Source of the DNA: Octopus vulgaris | Lineage: Eukaryota | DNA length: 64,000 nucleotides | Direction: 5' to 3' | Assembly: GCA_951406725.2 (NCBI GenBank) | Contig: OX597823.1 | Coordinates: forward strand, 67,146,001-67,210,000 | In this document: positions 26,594 through 38,507 of the stretch, one piece after another | How positions within the stretch are numbered: the first letter of the stretch is position 1 | Layout of the letters: each line of letters begins with the position of its first letter | Program-made: the position numbers and the translations under genes | The notes under the pieces: generated by a model | Seen by the model: only the letters and a program-made list of their open reading frames with translations | The model's database searches: none | Told to the model about the DNA's origin: nothing

Positions 26594-27690
26594 TTATATA
26601 TATAAAACTGAGAATGTGTGTCTCTCTGTCTGTCTGTGTGTTTCCCTAAAACTTGAGAACTACACAACCAATTTCATTCAAATTTTACATATGTCTTACT
26701 TAGGATCCATGTAGTTTCAACTTCTTGCCTAGAGCGAGCCCATAGCAATATCATATCTTCTCCACTATTTCAGTATTACGTGTTAAAAGTGAAACAAAAA
26801 CATTTCTCTATTTTATGTCAGATACTTTCACTCTAACAATAAAAATAATAATAACAATTGAATTATATGTAGTAAGTAATAATTAAAATCAAACTAAAGT
26901 ATAATATTATCGTAACATAACAAAAGTAAAAATATAGCAATTGGTATAAAATTGCATCAATGACTTGAACTTGAATCACTGGTTTCACATGAATGGAAAT
27001 AAATAAAAAATAAAATTTAAGTGCAGAAATGGAATAGTCCAGATGGAGGTGTGCGCGGCTTTTACATTAGATTATTTGCTAATTAGCTAGCATTAAGCAT
27101 TCTACTGAGTACCGCTGTTAGTTTATTTCTGATCCATAAAGGCCTATAGCTTCAACAGAGTACTGCTTTTTGGTTTACCGTAAGGTTTGTTATAATTTTT
27201 GTGTAACTATTGTTAACGTTTGTTGGTTGCTCGTAAAGGAAGCGTCGTTGTGTTGCATTTGTTAAATAATTGTAAACCGTAACCCCCCCCCCTCCTTGGG
27301 AGAAGGAGCTTTGGTTATTGTTTAAAAATTGAATTGTGTCCCTGTTTGGGGAAATTGACAATATTTTCACCGTTTACACGGAAGTATTTTTGTTAAAATG
27401 TCTTCGATAGAAGAAAGTCCAAAAATGAATTTCGCTGAAGCCGTCGGATTGTAGCTATACTTCTATACAAGAGGAAGGACAAGATACAATTGATCGAAAT
27501 TACAAGAGACGGGCTAACAATTCCAGTCTGTTATATATTTTGAGTATTATTATCACTAGCGATATCAAGATATAACTTTGTATTTTGTATTTTATGTGTA
27601 GATGCATATATATAGATGTACATGTAATATGTACACACATATATACATGCACTAGCACTATGACTCGGCAACGACGGGTCTTTAATGCTA

Positions 27691-27691
<1 letters not shown>
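26591..27691 (+). mobile_element. Non-autonomous Helitron-like element inserted in a TA array
   Basis: 5' end A|TC followed by TATATATAAAA...(TGTC)n. 3' hairpin GACTCG-GCAACGA-CGGGTC at 27662-27680, then CTAG|T at 27688-27691. A/T insertion site, no TIRs. Confidence 0.75.
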
Positions 27692-27724
<33 letters not shown>

Positions 27725-27847
27725 GAGAAAGAAGCAACAAGAATGGATTAGTTTTTGAATTCATTAGAATTGACTTGAATCTTAATTGCTTTTATTGTAT
27801 ATATATATATATATATATATCCTGCGCCTATGACATCTATATAATAG

Positions 27848-27999
27848 ACGCAGGAGTGGCTGCGTGGTAAGTAGCTTGCTTACCAACCACATGGTTCCAG
27901 GTTTAGTCCCACTGCATGGCACCTTGGGCAACCAAAGCCTCGGGCTGACCAAAACCATGTGAGTGGATTTGGTAGATGGAAACTGAAAGAAACCCGTCG

Positions 28000-28050
<51 letters not shown>

Positions 28051-28281
28051 ATGTGTGCATGCATGTGTGTGTGTGTGTGTGTGTGTGTTTGTGTGTCTGT
28101 GTTTGTCCCACCAACATCGCTTGACAATCGATGATGGTATGCTTACGTCCCCGTAATTTAGTAACTCGGCAAAAGAGTACCAATAGCTAGGCTTATAAAG
28201 AATAAATCCTGGGGTCAATTTGCTCTACTAAAGGCGGTGGTCCAGCATGGCCAGAGTCAAATGACTGAAACAAGTAAAAGT
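27848..28281 (+). mobile_element. SINE family B, near complete, with internal (TG)n microsatellite
   Basis: GCAGGAGTGGCTGCGTGGTAAG (A box)...GGTTTAGTCCC (B box)...GGATTTGGTAGATGGAAACTGAAAGAA, then (TG)n, then ...CCAGCATGGCC..AGTCAAATGACTGAAACAAGTAAAAG. Homologous to many copies in the window. Confidence 0.88.
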
Positions 28282-29031
28282 ATACACACACACACATGCA
28301 AATACTTTCGGCCGTATACGGTCGCTGTGAGTATTTATGTATAGTATTATGGGCATTGACAGCAGCATTAGACCGCTGTAGCTCTTATTTCTAGAAATGT
28401 AGGTGGTAGATGTTCTGACAACTTCAGTCATATTTATTGACATTTGTAGTTTTTCTTTTTGGTGATACATTGCTGGACCGCAACCTAACTTTATTATATA
28501 TATGTGTGTGTGTGTGTATACAGACATATATATATATACATAGTTTGGTTCTATTTATCCTCACTGTCTACCTACATACTTTATTGTGTGTCTGATCAAA
28601 GTTCGTTTGTAGTTAGAAATCCTTTCCGTGTTACAAAATACATTTTTTCTACCTTATTTGTCTATTGTTTTATGATAAAACAATTTTTCACCTCTACCGC
28701 CTACTCGGGACATAAAAGATACGTATTCCATATACGCACTGTTTGTATTCACCTTTAGTGATAGTATTGCCAACGATTGAAACTGTAAACTAGTCACCAA
28801 TAGAATAATGTATCATATTCTACTTCTTCGATTATTAAGTGGGTTTTTTTTCCATACTGTTATACAGCTAAGTTCTGTTCGTACGTAAAACACAGAATTT
28901 ATGTATATTTATTTATGTATAACACCTTTCAGTGTTTTGGGGATTTCCTTTGGGTACTGTTTTTGGTGAAGAAACGAGTTGAGCGATGTGCATATATACA
29001 TGTAGAAAATAGATAAACACACAGACATACG

Positions 29032-29120
<89 letters not shown>
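29032..29120. repeat. (GATA)n microsatellite
   Basis: Directly visible. Others lie at 32901-32990, 37099-37160 and 55623-55678 (reverse). Confidence 0.95.
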
Positions 29121-29121
<1 letters not shown>

Positions 29122-29134
29122 GAAAGAGAGAGAA

Positions 29135-29177
<43 letters not shown>

Positions 29178-30184
29178 TGTATGTATAGATACATATTATT
29201 GCCAACCAAGTGTGGCGTCCTATATGGGACAGTGCTACTGACGTTTATAGCCCCAGGAAGACATATCTTCCAGCTGGCTTACGACACACATTCTGAGTCA
29301 GAATGGATTAATTACTAACTTAAGCGTTTAGGACTCCTTACATCATATACCATTTTCCCATTTATTTATTTATCTTACCCCGTATAATGGTTTCAGTGGC
29401 TGGTCTTTTTTTTTCAATTGACCAAATTACAACGAGCGATGGACCTGGCCTATCTCACTTCGGACAACAGGTGGAAGAGCTTAACTACCTAATAGTAGAT
29501 AATAAAAAAAATTACACTTAACCGATTAGCACTTTATTGTGATTAATACTATTAATTAGTACTACAAATATAATTATTATGAATTACTACGATTAATCTA
29601 AAACCTTATTGAATCTTCACCCCTTCTCCGACTAAAACCTATTGGCGTATCCTACTATTGCTTTTTTCATTATTATTATTTATCCATCCTATCCCCACCG
29701 TACAAAAGATTAATCCACCAACTACTATTTCTGGTCTAGTCATTTACTTAACGTGACAAAGACATACGCAAGCAAAATGGTATGATTACAACCATATTCA
29801 AATTTTCCTTTTGTCTTCTCTATGCGCTTCTTCTTTAATTATTCTTCACTTTGATGAAGCTGCATGTTTCAGATCAGTTTTATTACCAAATATGATAAAT
29901 ATTTTTAGCATATCAATGACAATATCATACAACATTGGAAGCAGAAACAGCTGTTAGATGGGATTTAGTTTATTTGTATTGAATTAATATATAATAAGTG
30001 ATGTAAGTCAATTGTTGTTCATCGGTATTTCTCCACTTTCTGTCTTCATACACTCAAGTTTATCCACTCAAGTTTATCCTTGTCTTTACCTGTAATTTGT
30101 GAGCATAATATGCCCGTGGTTCTATACCTTAGACGATTATTTTAACCTCTAACTCAGCTAATCTTATAGACATATGTGTGTGTA

Positions 30185-30345
30185 TACAACGGGCTTCTTT
30201 CAATTTCCCTTTACCAAATCCACTCAGACAGCTTTGGTCGGCATGAGACTATACCAGTGGACACTCAAGCAAGGTGCCACGCAGTGGATATGAAACCGGA
30301 ACCATGTGGTTAGGAAGGAAGCTTCTTGATACACAGCCACGCTGC
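30185..30345 (-). mobile_element. SINE family B 5' half
   Basis: CGGGCTTCTTTCAATTTCC..TACCAAATCCACTCA...GGTGCCACGCAGTGG...GGAACCATGTGGTT...CACAGCCAC. Confidence 0.8.
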
Positions 30346-30412
30346 GTCAATATATATATCGACACATATATAAATACATAAAAGTATTCATATCTCTATA
30401 TATAGATGTATG

Positions 30413-30463
<51 letters not shown>

Positions 30464-30808
30464 CTATGCATGTATATTCAAACGTATATACATGCATATG
30501 TACAAAATATATGATCTTACAAAATCTTCAGAGTATCATAAAAACTTAACACCAGGTGGTGCTTCCTTACAAGCATCTGAGTTTGTGGTGACTAGCGTTC
30601 TTTAGTGATTAATTAAACTGAAGTAGTTGTGAACCCAGGGGAGTAAGATGCACTTCATATTGCGTAAGGGTTCTTTGTTCCGTCTATAGAGACAGCTGTA
30701 TGTTGATGAATTCACTAAATAACGTGTCCCTTTGATATTTACTTTCAATATGCATGTGTGTGTGTGCGTGTGTACTTTTGTCTGTGTGCGCTCGTATGTG
30801 CGTGCATA

Positions 30809-30846
<38 letters not shown>

Positions 30847-32039
30847 GGTATGTGTGTGTGCGTGGTGTGTATGCATATATATAAACGCACGCACACACAC
30901 TCACACATATATACATATTGTTACATATATGAAGATATTGCGCTAAAAGATGTATATAGATATTAGTAAATATTTTGATATATATGCTGATGATAATAAT
31001 AACGACGACGACGATGATGATGTGCTGGTGCTGGTGGTGATGGTATTGGTGGTGGGCATGCTCATGGGATTGGCAGCATATTCGCTTGCACAATGTGTCT
31101 ATATAAATTTGCTAGCAAATAATTAGTAGTTTTTATCAGCGACAATATGATCACACGAATTATATAAGTTTGGGTTAAAAATGTTAAAAGTGCCAGCAGT
31201 TTTGTAATACTTTATCAGAATTTCAAAGAGCAGCCTGATAGCTTCGTTGTTAAGTGATGATATGACGGCTATGATAGAGCGATTGTCTTAATTTTGGGGT
31301 GAAAATTCGCAATAAGACCATTTGTGTTATGAATGGACAGAACAGATGTTGATATTGGCGATGATGCTGATGATGATCACAACTATCATTTTGCGACGAA
31401 AGTTGGTTTAATGTGATGCAAAATGTTATTTCTTTTCATGATAATAATAGTGACCATGACAAGCTCGAAAGGTTAGTTCTTTTTCTTGTTTGACCGCAAG
31501 TCGAAGCTGATCTCCAGCAGACTTATGCCAAAGTCGTCTTTTTGTAACTACGCCATATTCTCATAGCAGTGATTATATATTACGAATCACTTTACACAAT
31601 TTTCTGAATATTCTTATTTTTATTGTTGCTTAGCCTCAGTTCAGATCGTGCAGGTCTATAACGAAAACGCCTTTCTACAGTGACCCACCACGTCTTTTTT
31701 CCAGTATGCAGAGAAAAGCGGACGACAGCTTTTTCATCTACTTTAAGACGTTTGATAGTGTTTTAAGGCTATGTAGCAGCTATTTCAAGCGGGCCGTGTA
31801 ATCATGTAAGGCTCCCTTGCCAGTCCGATATCCTTTACAGTGGAAGTAGCGCAGTAGCAGAGGAACCGGTGGTGTTAGTGTTGGTGTTGGTGTTGGTGTT
31901 GGTGTTGCTGCTGCTATTGCTACTTCCTGAATTAGATGTGTTCTAATATTTTTGTATATTTTTGTATACCTCTGAGATGCTACAGTTAGCATAGGACAAC
32001 TGCTTTACTGATGACGCCTATAGGGTAAATAACTCAAGT

Positions 32040-32252
32040 CAATCCCGTTTCGGCTGATGTACTATCCAGCCTTCATCAGGTGCTCTGTCGGAATTTCAGA
32101 CCCAACCCTTTATTTGACTAATGGTGCAATCTGTTCTGATTCCTAAGGTTTTTTTTGTTTTGCTTGATATTATTTCCCAAGTCCCTGCCTGGTATTGAAC
32201 TCAGAATCAAAGGGTTAGTCATCCGCGCTCTAATCCACTATGATATGTGTCA
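32040..32252 (-). mobile_element. tRNA-headed SINE-like element carrying a hammerhead motif (copy 1)
   Basis: Minus strand: ...TAGTGGATTAGAGCGCGG...GAGTTCAATACCAGGCAGGGACTTGGG (A/B boxes), A-rich linker, CCTTAGGAATCAGAACAGA, then the HHR core. Confidence 0.7.
32047..32079 (-). ncRNA. Hammerhead ribozyme core (stem III/cleavage site decayed)
   Basis: Minus strand CTGATGA-A-GGCTG-gatagtacat-CAGCC-GAAAC. Confidence 0.6.
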
Positions 32253-32316
32253 GTAAGTTTATAAAATTTACAATACTAGGTTTATAAGCCCTAGAATTCA
32301 CTCTATAATTGCCTAT

Positions 32317-32540
32317 GGGGATATAGCGTAGTGGATAAGAGCACTGGTCACTAACCCAGGCAGGGTCTTGGGAAGTAATATCAACAACAAATAAAATCAG
32401 CAGAAAAAAATACCCTGGGAATGAGAACAGAGTACCCCTTTAGTCAAAAAAGAGTGGAGAGTACATCATCGGAAACGTTGTGGTAACAACAAACAAGGTA
32501 AGGACACATGTCCGTCCATTGTAAATAATGTCCAAACAAA
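32317..32540 (+). mobile_element. tRNA-headed SINE-like element (copy 2, deleted in the B box and HHR 5' half)
   Basis: GGGGATATAGCGTAGTGGATAAGAGC...CCAGGCAGGGTCTTGGGAAGTAATATCAA...CCCTGGGAATGAGAACAGA...TGGAGAGTACATCATCGGAAACGTTGTG. Colinear with the reverse complement of copy 1. Confidence 0.7.
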
Positions 32541-32928
32541 GAACCTTGTTTTTATCCTATGTTAACTTTGGAGAATTTTTGATATTTTCTCCATCTCCGT
32601 ATAATGAGCTGATTTCAGTTGCCATTTCGTAATTGTCATGTATCCTCCTCAGACGGTTATAATTTAAAATAAAGAATTCATGTTGTGTGATATTTGATAT
32701 ACCTGTATTTGTTTATGTTGCTCTTATATATACAACTGACCACCCTGACCTATTTCTCTTGGCTCATTATCCATTTATGCAAATTAAAATATAATTTACA
32801 ACATTTACAAATTATGGGGAATATCTACAAGATCTCACGACATGCTTAAATAGCGATGCGATCTCCTTCGTATAACATACATCTGTGTTTCTATAACTGC
32901 AGATAGATAGATAGATAGATAGATAGAT

Positions 32929-32967
<39 letters not shown>

Positions 32968-33301
32968 GATAGATAGACATATAGATAGATACATACATAC
33001 ATACATACATATCAAAGCTCAATAGCGATCGCTATAACGTTTTTAACTCTAAGGCATGCACGATCAGCGTTGATCCGGGTTCAAACTACGACGTATAAAC
33101 TCGAAATATGTTCAATCTAAATACTTCATTTTCACATAAACAGCCTCCTCTGTTTATTTATAATATTATTTATTATAATAACATTTATATATCAGTCAAT
33201 TATCAAATTCAAATGCGCACAATTAATTAAACATTAATTTCTTCAGCAATTTTAAATTCTAGAGGACTTTTTCTTTGTCTTTTCAATTGGATTTGTTGTT
33301 A

Positions 33302-33374
<73 letters not shown>

Positions 33375-34309
33375 TGATCTCTGCATTATCGCCGTTTCAG
33401 GTATTCTAGATATAATTGAACGCACTACAGGGATGAGATGAAAGACTAATGTTAATAGCTAAATATAAACGATAATGAAAAGTCAATTATAATTTGATAC
33501 TACATATTCTGTTTATATAATTTTCAGCTATAATTGCTAGATTATATTTGTTTCTACATATGATTTTATATCAAATTTCTTGCCAAAAATTTATAACAAA
33601 ATTATATTGCAAAGAAGTTACGCAACCATGAGACGAATAAATGAAACTGCAAAAAAAAAAAAAAAAAGAAAAATATACAGATAAAATGCCAGTATAAAGC
33701 ACTAACTATTTTAGATCCAATTGAATTTATTTCACGATTCAAACAACATTTCATATCACGGAAATGGATGAGTTGAAACATTGCTTAACAATAATGGAAA
33801 TATTTATTAAACAACAGAAATAGTCAACGAGGTAATGCGCGAGTGAACATACGCACAAACACACACACACACACACACGCATACACACACCACACACAGA
33901 CCACACACAGACATATACACTCACGCACACAGACACAAACACGCACAAACACATCAAGCACACACACACACACGCACGCACGTAGACTTACACAGAAACA
34001 GACACACTGATCAGAAATATTCACATTTGCGTTCAAACGCGTAGTTATTCGATCGTACTCCACCTCATAGGTATTTAATCGTATGGTTCTTCTTGTCGTG
34101 GGAATCAGACATATCAGGACCGAGGAGAAATCCAATATGTCATACGCCAAAACAATTCGTAAATATGATTATTCGTATAAGGCGAAATTATATTTCGCAA
34201 ATGTCATTAAGTGTTCCCTAACAACGACACAGCATTTTCATCGAATCAATTTTATTTCCCATCGTGCTCTTCCTCCTCCTTCCTCTTCTTCATTCTGTTT
34301 CTTTTACTT

Positions 34310-34470
34310 TCTTTAGCCGAAACGAATCGAGCCCAGGACTTGTTCTTTGTAAGCCTAGTACTTATTCTATCGGTCTCTTTTGCCGAACCGCTAAGTTATG
34401 GGGACGTAAACACACCACCATCGGTTGTCAAGCGATATTGGAGGTACAGACATACAACACAGACATACAA

Positions 34471-34510
<40 letters not shown>

Positions 34511-34945
34511 AACGGGATTCTTTCAGTTTCCGTCTACCAGCCTAGTACTTATACTATCGGTCTCTTTTGCCGAACCGCTAAGTTGCGGGGACGTAAACAC
34601 ACCACCATCAGTTGTCAAGTGATGTTGGGGGGACAAACACAGACACACAAACACACACATATATACATAAATACGACGGGCTTCTTTCAGTTTCCGTCTA
34701 CCAAATCTACTCACAAGGCTTTGGTCGGCCCGAGGCTATAGTAGAAAACACTTGCCCAAGTGCCACGCAGTAGGACTGAACCCATACCATGTTGTTGATA
34801 AGCAAGCTACTTACCACACAGCCACTCCTACGCCTACGTAAAATTACCACACAGCCACTCCTGCGCCTATGTAAAATTACCACACAGCCACTCCTACGCC
34901 TACGTAAAATTACCACATTTCCACTCCTGCGCCTATGTAAAATTA
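34310..34945 (-). mobile_element. SINE family B compound copy with internal duplication and tandemly repeated 5' end
   Basis: Two AGCCTAGTACTTAT..TATCGGTCTCTTTTGCCGAACCGCTAAGTT segments (34353 and 34539). The head 33-mer is repeated four times. Confidence 0.85.
34811..34945. repeat. 33-bp tandem repeat x4 derived from the SINE B 5' end
   Basis: Unit TTACCACACAGCCACTCCT(A/G)CGCCTA(C/T)GTAAAA, contiguous with no spacers. Confidence 0.92.
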
Positions 34946-35014
34946 TCAAGAGAAACGCAACCTTATTGAAAGTTAATGAATCGCGAAAGTTGCGGTTTTA
35001 TCGTCATCTATTAT

Positions 35015-35690
35015 AATGTTCCCGGACTAGTTATGCTTAATATAAAAAAAACTTATTTACCAAAGTTTTCACACCATCTCCTTCAAATTGTCACCTTGCG
35101 CAGCAATACACCGGTCTCAGCGTTCCTGCCACTTTTGGAATCCGGCTTGGAAGTCGTTTTTCGTTAGCGAGTCGAGGACTTTCTGCGATTCGCTCTTTAT
35201 GTCGACAACGGTGTTAAACAGTGACTTTTGAGATGCATTTTCATCTTGGAGTATAGACGGAAGTCTGCACGTGCTAAATCTTGAGAATAGGGCAGTTTCG
35301 GAAGCGATACCATGTTGTTTTTTTGGCGAGAAAGTCACGAGTAAGGAGAGATCAGTGACAGGGTGCCATTGTCGTCGTGAAGAATCCAATTCTTCAAGAC
35401 GTCGCAGTAGAACACTTGATTTACAGTCTTTCCCTGGGAGATAAATTCTCGATATAAAATACCGCAGATGTCGAAAAAAACCGATGTGCATACTCTTGAT
35501 TGAAGTGCGACGCTATCATACCTTTTGAAGTGCTCTTGCCACTTGAAACATTGCGTACAACTCATTGCTCTGTCGGCATAAGTTTTCCGAAGCATGCTTA
35601 ACGTCTCTGTAGCAGACTTCTCAAGTTGGCTCTTAGTTCAACTTCTTGTCCATGACAAAAATCATAGACTACAACATACACGTAATCACA
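35015..35690 (-). pseudogene. Decayed, internally deleted mariner (Tc1/mariner) transposase
   Basis: Frameshifted segments MLRKTYADRAMSCTQCFKW (HTH region), FFDICGILYREFISQGKTVNQVFYCDVL, WILHDDN, and the C-terminal KVLDSLTKNDFQAGFQKWQER...CIAAQGDNLK-like motif typical of mariner. Confidence 0.88.
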
Positions 35691-35734
35691 AAAACTTGAA
35701 TTTCACAACTTGCGAATTATACACACCAATGTCC

Positions 35735-36100
35735 TGGAGTCTCTATACCGAACAAAAGCTACGTAATACTACCTTCCACCGACGCCACCTAAGACATATC
35801 CTAGATATGAGTGGAGTAATCGAGTCACCAATATTGATGTTCTTGCCTACTCCCAGAATACCCAGTTTCGTCATCCTCCTGTGACAATGCCATCTACACT
35901 GGCTGATCCAAATATACTGCATCTTGCACAAGATGATTCCTAAAGATATAATCAAAAGGGAGTTGACTTCTGGCAAGGGTAAACGAGATCCACTGCGTGT
36001 TCGTTTCAAAACTGTCTGCAAGAGAGCCACTAACTTTCTTGACACGAACGTTGAAAGGTGAAAGAACATGGCAACTGATTGCTCTTGCTTCAAATCGAAA
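35735..36100 (+). pseudogene. Decayed RTE-clade LINE 3' ORF remnant
   Basis: Segments WSLYTEQKLRNTTFHRRHLRHIL, RVTNIDVL, IPKDIIKRELTSGK, VRFKTVCKR resemble the RTE/BovB C-terminus (FHxRCLRxIL...IPKxxLYGEL...RFKDVCKR). Confidence 0.7.
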
Positions 36101-36360
36101 CGAGTAATGTGTATTAAAAGGCGAGAAGGAGGCTCGATATCACAACTAAAGGGAAAGCACCAGAGTAAAATATTAAAATATTGCTCCCGCATATGGAACA
36201 GTGTTGCTCCTACGTACAAGGACATCCCGAACTATATTCAGGATTGACCACTCGATTGAATGAAACACTCCAGCTGCTCACTCACAATATGTCTTTCTAT
36301 CTCTCTATCTCTCTCTATGTATCAGTTAAATATCTCCTTCTCTCTCTCTCTTTCTTTCTT

Positions 36361-36400
<40 letters not shown>

Positions 36401-36623
36401 TCTTCACTTTCTCCTTTCTAATATAAGGACTTCGGAACTGATTGATCTCGATCCGCCACTTCTGAGACATCCTCGACTCACACGTCTCATGGCGGTTATT
36501 CATGACTAAGGATCAATGAGTTATTTCTTCTTTCTGGGGAAAGGTTAGTCTGAAAATATTAGTCTTAAAAAAACGCATTAAAAAATATTAAGGTGGAATG
36601 AGAGGAAAATATAGGGAAAGAAA

Positions 36624-36656
<33 letters not shown>

Positions 36657-37097
36657 CAAAACAGGGAAATTTAAAAAATGAAAGTCTAAAAATGGATTAA
36701 CTACATGTTAAGGAGTTTGAGAGTGTTAGCATCGATTTCTCTAAGCGGCCAGAACTTTCGCTCGTGTATGCATGGGTAAAACCTCCTATTTGACATTTAG
36801 GAACATCTTAAGCGTGAGTCGGTTCTTCAGTATCTGCCTTTTCTTCGCTAAAGATAATTCGCATTCTTCCCTCGTGCATATTGTCCATGCGTTTTGATAT
36901 ATTCATGCATAACTATGTTTAATAGGTGGAATATATGTATGTAGCAAGCAGAACAAGGTCAGCATAATTTTCGCCATGACTGATTTCATTGCTGTTATCT
37001 CTGAGTACTTAAATATGCATCTCAAGTACACATATACGTAACATAACCATCCATACATAGCACATACAAATATACACATATATGCATATGTGTTTGG

Positions 37098-37160
<63 letters not shown>

Positions 37161-37256
37161 CGGAAAGATAGATTGATTGATCGATTGGAAAACACATACG
37201 TTTATGTTCTCACTACTAGAGCCAATAACCATGGTAAATTGGTATAATTACATTGC

Positions 37257-37287
<31 letters not shown>

Positions 37288-37742
37288 TGTGTACATACCT
37301 ATGTATATGAGTGTGTGAGATTGTGTGAATGTGCGTCAGTGTGTCTTTATTCATACATATACGTACGTGTATTTGTTTTGGTATATGAGTGATGAATGGT
37401 ATCATTGCTATAGATCACTATATTTTTGCATGTCACAACTAGCTTAGATGGTGGAAAATGCATAGCAAGGTGTAAATATGTGTAATATAAATGGACAAAA
37501 GGTCTATTCACAACATTGCTGTATAGTTTTGGCCGTTGTAAATGTGTTAAGTAGATGTATGCACGGTTATATTGTTGTGGCCATCTTTGAAATGGAAGGT
37601 AATCAAGAAGATAAATTGCCAATCAATGTCCATTTAGAGATAATCGACTTGGTAATTGAAAGAACTCCACAATAAAAAGATGTGATTCATCCGTCACGAT
37701 AAAAGATTGAATATATATTTTCTTTTTACTGAACAATCCTAA

Positions 37743-38507
<765 letters not shown>

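Noticed and set aside
34811-34945. CRISPR-like 33-bp repeats
   Set aside because: Contiguous tandem units with no unique spacers, derived from a SINE head, in a eukaryotic context with no cas genes.
35743-36225. 160-aa minus-strand ORF
   Set aside because: Antisense to an RTE remnant on the plus strand; no recognisable motif.
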